A stretch of DNA of 64,000 nucleotides, taken from the NCBI RefSeq assembly GCF_009914755.1, contig NC_060926.1. One strand, written 5' to 3'. Within the stretch, counting starts at the first letter, position 1; every line of letters begins with the position of its first letter. A program made the translations under genes and the position numbers. Positions 31,387 through 46,294 of this stretch are shown here, one piece after another. The DNA is from the human T2T-CHM13v2.0 reference genome, Homo sapiens. The notes under the pieces are model-generated. The model ran no database searches and was not told where the DNA came from. It saw only the letters and a program-made list of their open reading frames with translations.

Positions 31387-32159
31387 CTAATAACTATTCT
31401 GGATCTTAAGACAACTTTAATTTTTTCTACTTTGATCAATTCTGTTTTGATTTTAAAAACCCAAACATTTATGTTTTTATTATTTTCACTTTCGAGAGAT
31501 AGATGGTCCACTCTGAAGCCTGTCAGAAAGAGTTTATTAAAATAGTTAGTGTTTAAAAACTCAGGACTATTTCTTCCTTCAGGTAATTACTTTCAGAACT
31601 ATCATATTTTTCAGTTATACTATATAATAACTTTGAATAATATTCTCACTTTGTAAAATAAAACATCAACAAGTGTAGTTTTCAATATAAAATTAACTAT
31701 AGTATCTTCTTCAATTTTTGTTTAAATAGGATAATCACACACATCTTTAACATCAGTATTATTCATTTAAAACCTCAAAAAGTTAAATTTCACTTTGTAT
31801 ATAAATTTTGGTGCCAGTAAAATACACTAAGCATATATCTTTTTCAAAGCAAAGGCAAATATTACATTTTCTATTTCAATTTAGAATAACTCAAAAAGAA
31901 AATGAAATAGATTTCAAAGGATCGATGATATAAAATAATACATCAAATACTTTCCAGTTGGTTGATTTTAATAATTCACAGCTTTTTCCTAAGCTATCAT
32001 TCAAGTAATGTAGCACCACTTTCTATATAAAACTTTTTTACTGCCTATTCATAGTTACCATTTAATAATACTTTTAAAATTAATTTAAGCAGGTATATAT
32101 GAATAAACATAAAGTGTCCTCTCACTCTCCATGTATATATATATATAAAGTTGCTTTTG

Positions 32160-35100
32160 GAGGGGATCATGGCAGACAGGAGACAGGACTAGATTGCAGC
32201 TCCCATTCAGACAGAGCAGTGTGTAGAGACTCGCATTATGAACTTTTGCTCCAGAACTACTGCAGGAATAAACTAAGAAATTCAAGAGAACCCACTGACC
32301 CTCTGAAGGAAGTGAATTGCTCCTGCAGGACCTAGGAGACACCCCAAATACTGTGAGTGCCCAAGTTGTGGAAGTGGGAAAGAGATTGTCCACCCTGAAC
32401 ACACACCTTCACTGGGGGACTGGAAGGTTTAGATCATGGGAGAAAATTCTGACCTTACCTGGCACAGAGTCAATTTAGACCCCTGAGCGAAATACAGGGG
32501 TAGAGGAAGGAGTGGGAAAAACTCTGTGGGCTTGCTGGGTCCCCTAGCAAGCCATTTCTGCCCTGCCTCACAGGAGCCCTTGGGGAGGATGGCCAGAGGC
32601 ACTGGGAAAAGACCACAGGGAGAATGAAACCTCCAGCTGAACGTTGTAACAATTCCAACCAAACGCAAAGTATTCTGGCCAGAAATCGAGAAAGGCATGA
32701 AACCAGTGTGCTGATTCCACAGGTGGGGATTCATGAAGGCCATCCTTACTTTTGCAGCTGGGAGGCTGGTAGCCTGAGGCAAGTTCTCAGCCCTGCTCAC
32801 CCACTGCCTGGAAACAGATTCAGTGCTGTTGAGGGGGGCTTGGTGGGAGTGAGAACAGCCTTTTGCATTACATGGGAGCTGGGTGAGGCCTGTGACTGCT
32901 GGCTTTCCTCCACTTCCCTGACAACCTGCATGACACATCACAGGCAGCCATAATCATTCTGGGAACATACTCCATTGATCTGGGAACCACACCCTATGCT
33001 CCACAGCAACCTCAGCAAGACCGAACCAAGGAAAGTCTGAGCTCAGATATGCCTAGCGCTGCCCCCACCTGATGGTTCTTCCCTACCCACCTTGGTAGCT
33101 GAAGACAAAGGGCATATCCTCTTGGGAGTTCTAGGGCCCTGCCCACCACCTGATCCTGCCTATGCTACCACAGCTGTTGCTCTCTTGAAAAAGCCACCTC
33201 CTGGCAGGAGGCCAACCAGCATAAAAATAGTGCATTAAACAACCGAAACTAAGGATCCTCACAGAGTTCGTTCATTTCACACCCCTTCCCACCTCCTCTG
33301 GAGCAGGTGCTGTATACAAAGCTGAGAGACCTGCAGATGGTTCACATCACATCACAAGACTCTGTGCAGACACCCAGTAGTACCAGCCCAGCACCTGGTA
33401 GACCTGCTGGGTGGCTAGATCCAGAAGAGATAACAATCACCACAGCTCAGCTCTCAGGAAACCACAACCCTAGGAAAAATAGGAGAGTACTATGTATAGG
33501 GAATACCCCCTGGGACAAAAGAATCTGAACAGCAGCCTTGAACCCTAGATCTTCCCTCTGACATAGCCTATCCAAATGAGAAGGAACCAGAAAAACAGTT
33601 CTGGTAATATGAAAAAACAAGGTTCTTTAACATCCCCTCAAAAAATCACACTAGCTCACCAGCAATGGATCAAAACCAAGAAGAAATTCCTGATTTACGT
33701 GAAAAAGAATTCAAAAGGTCAGTTATTAAGCTAATCAAGGAAGCATCAGAGAAAGTTAAAGTCCAATTTAAGGAAATAAACAAAAAGTGATACTAGAATA
33801 AAAAGTCTTCATTGAAAGACATAGCATAAATAAAAAAAAATCAAAACTTTAGGAAATAATAGACACACGTAGAGAAATGCAAAATGCTCTGGAAAGTCTC
33901 AGCAATAGAATCAAATAAGCAGAAGAAAGAACTTCAGAGCTCAAAGACAAGGTTTTCGAATTAATCCAACAAAGACAAAGAAAAAAGAATTAGAAAAAAT
34001 GAACAAAGCTTACAAGAAGTCTGGGATTATGTTAAACAACTAAATCTAAAAATAACTGGTGTTCCTGAGGAATAAGAGAAATCTGAAAGTTTGGAAAACA
34101 TATTTGAGGAATAATCAAGGAAAACTTCCCTGGCTTTGCTAAAGACATAGCCATCCAATTACAAGAAGATCAAAGAACACCTGGGAAATTCATCACAAAA
34201 AGATCATTGCCTACGCACATTGTCATCAGGTTATCTAAAGTTAAGATGAAAGAAAGAATCTTAAGAGCTTTAAGGCAAAAGCACCAGATAAGCTATAAAG
34301 AAAAGAACTTCAGAGCTATCATATTAACAGCAGATTTCTCAGCAGAAAACCCTACAGGCTGAAGGGATTGGGGCCCTATATTCAGCCTCCTTAAACAAAA
34401 CAATTATCATCCAAGAATTTTGTATCCAGTGAAACTAAGCTTCATAAATGAAGAAAAGATAGAGTCTTTTTCAGACAAACAAATGCTGAGAGAATTTGCC
34501 ACTACTAACCCAGCTCTACAAGAAATGCTAAAAGGAGTTCTAAATCTTGAAACAAATCCTGGAAACACATCAAAACAGAATCTCTTTAGAGCATATATCT
34601 CACAGGACCTATAAAATAAAAATACAATTAAAAAACAATATATACCGGCAACAAATAACATGATGAATGGAATAGTACCTCATATTTCAATACTAACGTT
34701 GAATGTAAATGGCCTAAATGCTCCACTTAGAAGATACAGAATTGCAGAATGGATGAGAATTCATCAACCAACTATCCTGCCTTCAATAGACCCACTTAAC
34801 ATAAGGACTCATATAAACTTAAGGTAAAGGGGTGGAAAAAGACATTCCATGCAAATCAACACCAAAAGCGAACAGGGGTAGCTATTCTTATATCAGACAA
34901 AACAAACTTGAAGGCAACAACAGTTAAAAACGACAAAGATGGACATTATATAATGATAAAAGGTCTTGTCCAACAGGAAAATATCACAATTCAAAATATA
35001 TATGAACCTAACACTGGAGCTCCCAAATGTATAAAACAATTACTGTTAGACCTAAGAAATGAGATAGACAGCTACACAATAATAGTGTGAGACTTCAAAA

Positions 35101-38100
35101 CTCCACTGACAGTCTAGACAGGTCATCAAGACAGAAAGTCAAGAAAGGAACAACAGATTTAAACTACACTCTGGAACAAATGGACTTAACAGATATTTAC
35201 AGAGCATTCTGCCCAACAACCACAGAATATACATTCTGTTCCACAGTGCATAGAACTTTCTCCAAGTTAGACCATATGATAGGCCATAAAAGAAGTCTCA
35301 ATAATTTAAGAAAATTGAAATTATACCAAGTACTGTCTTAGATCAAGGTGGAATAAAACTGGAAATAACTCCAAAAGGAACCTTCAAAACTATGCAAATA
35401 CATAGAAATTAAATAACCTGCTCCTGAATAATCACTGGGTCAACAATGAAATTAAGATGGAAATTTAAAAATTCTTGTAACTGAATGACAATAGTAACAC
35501 AACCTATTAACACCTGTGAGATACAGCAAAGGTGTTGCTAAGAGAAAAGTTCATAGCCCTAAATGCCTACATCAAAAAGTCTGAAAGAGCACAAATAGAC
35601 AATCTACGGCCACACCTCAAGGAACTAGAGAAACAAGAACAAACCAAACCCAATCCCAGCAGAAGAAAGGAAATAACCAAGATCAGAGCAGAACTAAATG
35701 AAATTGAAACAACAACAACAACAAAACAATACAAAAGATAAATGAAACAAAATCTGATTCTTTGAAAAGATAAATAAAATTGAGAGATCATTAGCAAGAT
35801 TAACCAAGAAAAGAAGAGAGAAAATCCAAATAAGCTCAATAAGAAACAAAATGGGAGATATTACAACTGACACCACAGAAATACAAGATTATTCAAGGCT
35901 ACTATGAACACCTTTACATGCATAAACTAGAAAACCTAGAGGAGATGGATACATTCCTGGAAAGATAAAACCCTCCTAGCTTAAATCAGGAAGAATTAGA
36001 TACCCTGAACAGACCAATAACAAGCAGTGAGATTGAAATGTTAATTAAAAAATTACCAACAACAAAAAAAGTACAGGACCAGATGGATTCACAGCTGAAT
36101 TCCGCCAGACATTCAATGAAGAATTGGTACCAATCCTATTGACACTACTCCACAAGATAGAGAAAGAGGGAATCCTTCCTAAATAATTATATGAAGCCAG
36201 TATTACCCTAATACCAAAACCAGGAAAGGATATAACAAAAAAAGAAAGCTACAGATGAATATCCCTGATGAACACAGATGCAAAAGTCCTTAACAAAATA
36301 CTAGCTAAGCAAATCCAACAAGATATCGAAAAGATAATTCACCATGATCAAGTGTGTTTCATACCAGGGATGAATAAAGTCAATAAATGTGATACACCAC
36401 ATAAACAGAATTAAAAACAAAAAAATCACATGATCATCTCAACAGATGCATTTAACAAAATCCAGCATCCATTTTTGATGAAAAAACATTAGACAAAATC
36501 CAGCATGCATTCTTGATGAAAACTCTCAGCAAAATTGGCATAAAAGGGACATACCTCAATGTGATAAAAGCCATCTATGACAAACCCACAGCCAACATAA
36601 TACTGAATGGGGAAAAGTTGAAATAATTCCCTCTGAGAATCAGAACAACAGAAAGATACCCACTCTCACCACTTCTACTTGACATAGTACTGGAAGTCCT
36701 AGCCAGAGCAATCTGACAAGAGAAAGAAATAAAGGGCATCCAAGTCAGTAAAGAGGAAGTCAAACTGTCACTGCTTGCTTATGATATAATTGTATACCTA
36801 GAAAATCCTAAAGACTTCTCCAAAATGCTCCCAGAACTGATAAAATAATTCAACAAAGTTTCCGGATACTAAATTAATGCACACAAAGCAGTAGCTCTCC
36901 TATACAGCCACAGCGACCAAACTGAGAATTAAATAAAAAACTCAACTCCTTTTACAATAGCTGTAAAAAAAAAAAAAAAAAAAAAACCCTTAGGGATATA
37001 CCTTACTAAGAAGGTGAAAGAGATCCTCTACAAGAAAAACTACAAAGCACTGATGAAAGAAATCATAGGTGACACAAACAAATGGAAACACCTCCCATGC
37101 TCAGGGATGGATAGAATCAATATTGTGAAAATGACCATATTGCCAAAAGTAATCTACAAATTCAATGCAATTCTCATCAAAATACCATCATCATTCTTCA
37201 CAGAACTAGAAAAAACATCCTAAAATTCATGTGGAACCACCAAAGAGCCCACATAGCCAAAGCAAGACTAAGCAAAAAGTACTAATCTGGAGGTACAAAC
37301 AGTTTTGGTGACTATGGCCTTATAGTATAGTTGGAAATCAGATAATGTAATTTGTACAAATTGCAAATCACAATTACATGATTTCCAACTATACTATAAG
37401 GCCATAGTCACCAAAACAGCATGGTACTGGTATAAAAATAGGCACATAGACCAATGGAACAGAATAGAGAACCCAGAAATAAACCTAAATATTTACAGTC
37501 AACTGCTCTTCAACAAGGTAAACAAAAACATAAAGTAGGGAAAGGACACCCTATTCAACAAATTCTGTTGGCATCATTGGCAAACCACATGAAGGAGAAT
37601 GAATCTGGATTTTCCTCTCTCACCTTATACAAAAATCAACTCAAGATGGATCAAGGACTTAAATATGCAGTGGGAAACTATAAAAATTCTGGAAGATAAA
37701 ATTGAAAAAACCCTTCTGGACATTGGCTTAGGCAAAGATTTCATGACCAAGAACCCAAAAAACAGATGCAATAAAAACAAAGATAAATAGCTGGGACTTC
37801 ATTAAAGTAAAAACCTTTTGCATGGCATAAGGAACAGTCAACAGAGTAAACAGAAAACCCACAGAGTGGGAGAAAATCTTCACCATCTATACATCTGACA
37901 AAGGACTAATGTCCAGAATCTACAATGAACTCAAACAAATTAGCAAGGAAAAAAACAAACAATCCTATCAAAAGTGGACTAAGGACATGAATAGACAATT
38001 ATCAAAAGAAGATATACAAATGGCCAACAAACATGAAAAAATGCTCAACATCACTAATGATCAGGGAAATGCAAATCAAAACCACAATGCAATACAACCT

Positions 38101-38785
38101 TACTCCTGCAAGAACGGCCATAATCGAAAAATAGATGTTAGCATGAACATGGTGAACAGGGAACACTTCTACACTGCTGGTGGGAATGTAAACTAGTACA
38201 ACCACAAAGCAGTGTGGAGATTCATTAAATAACTAAAAGTAGAACTAGTAATCCCACTATTAGGTATCTACCCAGAGGAAAAGAAGTCATTGTACAAAAA
38301 AGATATTTGCTGATACATGTTTATAGCAGCAGAATTTGAATTGCAAAAATGTGGAACCAGCCCTAATACCCATCAATCAACAAGTGGATAAAGAAACTGT
38401 AGTATATATACACAATGAAATATTACTAAGCCCTAAAAAGAATGAATTAATAGCATTCACAGCAGCTTGGATGGGATTGGAGACTATTATTCTAAGTGAA
38501 GTAACTCAGGAATGGAAAACCAAACATCGTATGTTCTCACTCATCAGTGGGGACTAAGCTATGAGGATGCAAAGGCATAAGAATGAAACAATGGACCTTG
38601 GGGACTCAGGGGGAAAGGGTGAGAAGAGGAGTGAGGGATAAAGGACTACAAATTTGGTTTCAGTGTATAATGCTTGGGAGATACATGCAGCAAAATCTCA
38701 CAAATCACCACTAACTAAAGAACTCGCTCATGTAACCAAATCCCACCTGTTCCCCCAAAACCTATGTAATAACAAAATTCTTAAA
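32160..38785 (+). mobile_element. Full-length L1PB (PB1-like), inactive
   Basis: 5'UTR gatcatggcagacaggagacaggactagattgcagctccc; ORF1 remnant from ~33576; ORF2 remnant ~34660-38557 with many stops and frameshifts; L1PB 3'UTR; approximate TSD taaa(a)g(g)ttgcttt. Confidence 0.93.
37302..37417. repeat. Perfect 39-bp inverted repeat inside L1 ORF2
   Basis: 37302-37340 is the exact reverse complement of 37379-37417. Confidence 0.95.
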
Positions 38786-40377
38786 AGGTTGCTTTGAAAG
38801 ACAAAACAATTTCCTATCGAAATAATATTGTTTAAATAGGAAATCCCCTAAATGTGGGATTTAGTATCTGTCAGTATTAACAGGCTGATAATCTTAAATG
38901 GTACCCTATACATCCTCCAAATTTATTACCCAATCCAAAATGATAGCCATTAAACAAGAAAATTATTTAAGATTAATAGACTAGATACTGTTTCTCAGGA
39001 GATATGTAGTATTTTCCTGTGTGTTAACCTATCTTAAGTTCACAATTCTAATCAAAAAATAGATATTCCTCACCTCTGTGAGAAGCGTCTATCTACCAGG
39101 TGTTCACAAATTTAGTTTGTTCTGTATTAATGGATGAGAGTGTTCAACTTAAAGCTCTAAATTTTGGGGGACTCTGTGTGTGTGTGAATTATATGTCATC
39201 ATCATTTTTTCCTAGAAAAAATGATTTAGGAAGCAATATTTTGTCTATGACATTTGTTAAAAATGCACCTTATATAGAAAATCAAAATTGATAACGTTTA
39301 GCAAAGTTTAAACTTTAAAAAAAGAGAAAGTTTAGTGGGAAAGGTTGTGAAAACATTCCTAAGTACTAAAGTAATACACATAATTTTGCAATCATCTATC
39401 AATATATTTTATCAATACCAAAAAAATTAATAGAAGCCAAAGAGCTTTCTCCCCAAGTCAATATATGCCTTATACTTATGTTTAAATTATGCAAATATTA
39501 TTAGAAATCCATGTAAATGTAACCAGTATTTCAGTTTCCCCCTAAATGCTTGTCATGTAAGTTAAAAGAATTTGGCATTGGAAAAAGAGCAAAAATATTC
39601 ACTGTAATTAATACAATTACTTTATGAATTTTTCTCTTTCACAGTATATAAAATGTATTCAAATGGTACTGAAAAGACTTCAATAATTTTGCTGCATTCT
39701 TAATTTCAGAATACTTTTAGAAATTGCCAATCTAACAACTAATTGCAAGGTATTTTCTAATCGTTAATTTAATCTGTCCTACTTCAAATTCATGTAAAAA
39801 TACATATCTCCCAAGGCTGGTACAAAGTTTCATGTCCTTATTTTAAAGTATTTTCATTATATTGTCTGTTAGGTTATTAAAGAAAAAAAAAGGTGGTCTG
39901 TATCATTTCTCACAATTAGCTCTAAGCTTTGATGGAGAGTAAAAGTATGACTCTTCCTAAAACTGATTTGCTTAATATACAGTTTCTAGTATATTGGAAA
40001 TTAAGCATAGTTCAAAATTAAAATAGCACATCTTGTTTCAAGAGGTTGAAGAGGAATATCTTCTTTAAATCATATTTTTCAAGTTAGATCACAAGCATCT
40101 TACTTGTAGAAGGCTTAACAATTTCATAATCTTCACTTCCTCTTGCATCATTATGCTTATGTCTTTTACCTCCATATCCTTCCTACTAAAACTTTCTTAT
40201 TCTTTAACACTTAGTATGCTATTATTTACATAATTTTTTTTCTTCTATCCCCCAGAAGAAATGAAATGTTCATATTTCATATTGTCAAAATGCTTTCAAC
40301 TTAATTCTACAAATCATCTTTTTTTGTTTTTATTCTATCTGTAGCAATGGAGGTTCAGTTTGAAACTAGGGAATACT

Positions 40378-40909
<532 letters not shown>

Positions 40910-41199
40910 CTAAGAAAAGAATTACAAGGATGAGAAAACTATGATTCTGTTGCATAGCTGTGCATATTCACAAACAAGGAAGGGAATGCCGGTTTGATTT
41001 TCATTTCGGCTTCTCGGCTTCTCATTTTAAGGAAGTAAGCTAAAAATCTCAAATGAAAGTGTTTTGGAAAATTAATGTTCTACATTAACTTGATTTGCAC
41101 TGTTGTCCTTTTTATTTAAGAATTTCACTACCTACCCAAAACAGAAAAGTAGAAATGTGAAAGGCAACATATGATTCATGATCATAAGAGGAAATCATG

Positions 41200-42830
41200 A
41201 GATGGGACTTCAGGAACAGTGGAGTGACAATGTCTGTAATTTTGCTGCTCTATAAGGGCAACAGAAACACTAGGAAAATTTTTCAAAGTCAGTGTTTATA
41301 GAACTTTGAAAACTCACCTAAGACTTGAAAAAATAAAGGAGTATTTATTCAATAAAAACTGCTGAACCTCCAAAATAATAGTAGAATTTGTCACACTATA
41401 ACTAGTATTTTCTCTTCCATTCCCACATCCAGCTCTATAGTGCCCTTGAAAACCAGTAGACTTGCAACCAAGGTAGTTGTAAAAAACACCTGTCTTCCAA
41501 CTTGCACAGGGAGAAGACAGGGTTGGGATGTCCTCTACAGAACATTGTGACTTTTTGACATGTATTTCAGCTTCTGTAAAAATCTTCATAAACAGCATTG
41601 CTTTTATTTGATCTGATGCTGAGCCCAATTCCCTTAGGACATTTGTTGAAAACAATTAATGGCAACTGCTTAACTTCACAGTTGCTTGAGATTGCAATAT
41701 CATTAATGAAGAAAACAGCCTTATCAAAAATTTAAGAGAAAAATCTGGAGTACAGGATGTCCATAGTTGGCTTTAAAAAGCTCTAACATGATTCTTGAGA
41801 TCCAGAAGGATTTGCACATGTGCAGGCCTGTGTGAATGTCCAAGAAATTCCTGAGGCGGCCCCAATCTCTAAACTCTGGCTGATTTTAAGGACCTGAGCA
41901 AGTAGAAAGTAAATGATAAGATAGATTTATAGACTGCTGGAGTGTTGAAGCTGTGTCCAAATACACAGTCCCACATCCCCCTACGAAGGATGGAAGACAC
42001 ACTGGATAAAGGTATTTAAGGAACTCTCTGGTAAGCATTAGCTGACCATTTCACTACCTGAGCAGAAACCCTCAGGATATATAGACCTTAGAAAATTAGA
42101 AGAGGAAAGTTATTAAACAAACAGTGACACCACAGATTAATCCTTAAAACAGCAACACCAGCAAATCTTGAGGTGAAGTATATATTTGTTTTATTTTTAT
42201 GGTTGTTACAATATATTATCTAAAATATCCAATTTTTAACAGAAAATTACGAGACATAAAAATAAACAGAAAAATATGGCTTATATACAGGAAAAAGGTA
42301 GTCAATTGAAACTTTTTTTTAGGAGCTTAGATGTTGGATTTATTATAGAAAGACTTTAAAATGGCTATTATAAATATGTTCCAAGACTAAAAGAAAAAAA
42401 ATCTAAAGAATTTAAAAACTAGATGACAGCAATGTCTCACTGAAAAAAGAATATTAAAGAATATTAATAAAGGGATAGAAATTATAAAAAAGAGCTAAAT
42501 GGAAATTCTGAAGTTTAAAGGTACAAAAACTGAAATGAAAATTTCACTAGATGGTCTCAAAAGTAGATTTGAACTGTCAGAGAAAATATCAGTTAGCTAT
42601 TTTGCAATAGGTCAATTAAAATTATACATTCTTAGGAAGAGAAATTTTTTAAAAAAATTAAAAAATAACAGATTTTGATGTTCATTCTCTTCAGGGAATG
42701 GCAGGGCACCATTTAACATACCAACATACTCATAGTGCAATCCCAGAAGGAGAGGGAAGAGAGAGAAAATCACAAGGAACACTTGAAAAAATCATGACCA
42801 ATACTTTCTATATTTTGAGTAGTTAAAAAA
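41200..42830 (+). mobile_element. Old L1M 5'UTR/ORF1 region
   Basis: L1M-type ORF1 remnants (cagaaaattacgagacat, tggaaattctgaagtttaaaggtacaaaaactgaaatgaaaatttcactaga). Confidence 0.65.
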
Positions 42831-42869
42831 TTGTGGTGCACACATGCACACATACCCACACACACAAAC

Positions 42870-43230
42870 ACTGTAATACTATTCAGCCATACAAAATAAT
42901 TAAATCTTGTCTTTTGCAGCAACATGGGTGGAACTGTATTTTGAGTGAAACAACTTAGAATTAGACAGTCAAATACCACATGTTCTCACTTTGCAGTGGG
43001 AGCCAAATAAAGTGGACACATGGATATAGAGTATGGAATCATAGTATTAGAGACTGGGAAATGCAGGAGAGTGGGAGGGGATGAGGGATGAGATATAACT
43101 TAATGGGTACAATATATACTATTCCACTGATACTTATACTGAAAGCCTAGATTTCACCACCACAAAATATATCCATGTAACAAAACTGCACTTGTACCTT
43201 CTAAATTTATACAAATAAAAAACATTTAAA
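42870..43230 (+). mobile_element. L1PB4/L1MA-type 3' end
   Basis: caaataccacatgttctcact...catgtaacaaaactgcacttgtacc..taaatttatacaaataaaa. Confidence 0.8.
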
Positions 43231-43231
43231 A

Positions 43232-44030
43232 ATAAGCAAATAATTTGGATAAACATATCATCAGAGATGATAAACAAATGGCCAATAATCACATGTAAAT
43301 ATGTTCAATATCTTTAGTCATTAAAGAAAGAAAAGCAACACCACAGAGCAATGTCACCTGACACTCACTAAAATAGCCAAAATAAAAAAAAGATGGTAAC
43401 TTTCACACATTGCCAGTGGAAATGTAATATAGTGCAATCTATTTCAAAAACTGTGTGGCAATCCTCAAAATGTTAAACATAGAGTTACCTTACAACCCAG
43501 CAATTCCACATATAGATATGTGCTCCCCCAAAATAAAGAAGATATATGTCCACATAAATATTTGTTCAGAAATGCTGTTAGCAGCATTGTTGGTAATAGC
43601 CAAAAATGGAAACAACACAAATTTGTATCAGCTGAATAAACAAAGATGAGTTGTATCACATATGAAATATTAGTTATCAAAATTAAAGTAATTATATTTG
43701 CCTCAAAATTGAAAATTGTATATGAAGTGAAATAATACAGTCACAAAAGAGTATATATTGTTTGATTATATTTATTTGAAATGTGAAGATTTGGAAATCC
43801 CATAGAGACATAAAGTAGATTGGTATTTGCCTAGAATTGTGGTTGGGAATAATGAGTGTACTACTCATGGTTTCAGGGGTTTCACTTAGAGATAATAAAA
43901 GTGTTCTAAAATTAAATTGTATTGATGGTTATGTAACTTTGTAAACACAACAAAGTCAGTTTATTGTAAACTTTGAAAGGTTAATTTTCTGTTATGTGAA
44001 TTATATCTTAATAAAGCTATTTTTAAAAAG
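43232..44030 (+). mobile_element. L1MB/ME-type 3' end
   Basis: gttaaacatagagttacc...gttctaaaattaaattgtattgatggtt...tgtgaattatatcttaataaagct. Confidence 0.75.
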
Positions 44031-44035
44031 TATCA

Positions 44036-44322
<287 letters not shown>

Positions 44323-44420
44323 GTCAAATGTACTTGGTAATTAAAATAGTTACATAATAATGGTTACACAAATAGTAATTACAGTTTTGAAGAAAAATAA
44401 TTCTAGTTTATAGACTTTGA

Positions 44421-44728
44421 TTTTTTTTTTGTTTTTTGAGACAGGATCTCTCTCTGTTACCCAGCCTTGAGTGCAGTGCCCTGATTACAGCTCAGCTCAC
44501 TGCAGCCTCGATCTCCTGTGCTCAAATGATCCTTCCACCTCAGCCTCCTGAGTATCTGGGACCACAGGTGCATGCCACCACATCCAGTTATTTTATTTTT
44601 TTATATTTTGTAGAGACAGGGTTTCACCATGTTGCCCAGGCTGGTCCTGAACTCCTGAGCTAAAGCAACCTGCCTGCCTCAGCCTCCCAAAGTGCTGGGA
44701 TTACAGGCATGAGCCACTGTGGCCTGCC
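44421..44728 (-). mobile_element. AluJ
   Basis: cagctcactgcagcctcgatctcctgtgctcaaatgatcc, gttgcccagg...ctcctgagct. Confidence 0.9.
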
Positions 44729-46294
44729 TGAGTTATCTTTTTTTACAAAAAATATTTTGGCATATACTCAAAATCTGGAAAAAATATATTCTTTAGCAGA
44801 CATATTTTAGAATTAGCTTATCCTCAAGCATTCATTGCTTTTTGCCAGTATGTTGATGAGTACTCCCATTAGGGAATAAGAACGTTAGGTCACATTAATG
44901 ATTTATTTTCTAAAAAAATTAGTAAGAATTTTTTTGAAATATATATGCAATTTAAAACACTTATCAAATCTGCTTATATGCCATAATTTTTTTCTTAAGG
45001 GGCACCAATGTTGATTATAGAGAAATGAAATTCTGACTTGTACTAAAATAGATTGATCATATGGTAAATTATAATTTTATAACTCTTATTGTTGATATAC
45101 AATAATAATGTATAAATCCCACATCAATTTAGCACATGTTTATTATAATAAATTTACATTTTTGAAGCTGTTTTTTATAAAAGCTTCTGATAATATTTTA
45201 CAAATGACAATTAAATTTTTAAAACATGTTAAAAAGCATTTTTGTGTCATTGATTTAATGTAATTATATTTTTGTCTGTCCATGAAATATATGATTTTAA
45301 ACAAAATGTATGGCACTTTTTAACATCTAAGAAAACTTACTTTGGATTTTTATTTATAGAACATTTACTTTTTTTCAAAAACAAAGGTGAGATAAGAAAT
45401 AATTCTTTTAATATCATAAAGTATTTTTTATTCCAAATACCTTTCTCATTTGATAATGTATCTATAGCAGAGATATCTAACTCATGTGAAGATTTGTAAG
45501 TGTGTCCCTAAGATGGCATGTTCTCTGCCCTTTTGGCAAGTAGTGGGACTGAGTGGGTGTTGAGTTTTTCATGGGGTTCCACCAAAAACAACCCTCTGTT
45601 TTTATCCATTGAACTATTTAAATATTATCATTTTTAATGAATGATATAGAAACTATTAGGATGATGATACATTAAGATAGGATATTAACATATAAATCAT
45701 CATATCCAAAATATCAGGATATGATGATAACATATAAACACACACAAACACACACAATTTGCATTTTAAGACAAAACTCTTGGTCGTCTATTGTATACAA
45801 TCTTTCTATTGAAACTGACATTCACATTTTTACTAAATATTTTATTTTCTTGTGTGGTACATAAAAACTATATTCTATACATCTACTAGAGGTAAAAACA
45901 TAAGGGTATATTTATAGAAAAATAAAGATTATATTTGTTAACAAAGGATTATATACAACATGCATTTGTACTGTTATATAGTTCAGAAATATATATTTAT
46001 ATCCAATTTATACACTGGGGTCACATTTCATAAATTGTGATTATAATGCTTTTAAACATTAACAAAATGTTTCAATATCAAATTATGCTCAGGATTTGAA
46101 ATAATGAAAAAACATTTTCTGAATAATAGTTCATTTCACAACTGTTAATCCAAATGAAATATAATCTGTACTCATGTTCTTCACACATATATTTAAACTA
46201 TAAAAAGAAATACCTGTTAGCCTTTGTTAGGTTTAATCCTGAATTGAACATATGTTGAACAACATGGTAGCAATAGGAAATGATCCTTTACAAA

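Noticed and set aside
32429-32941. 170-aa antisense ORF in the L1 5'UTR as an ORF0 analogue
   Set aside because: No resemblance to L1PA ORF0 that I can recognise; likely a chance ORF in GC-richer sequence.
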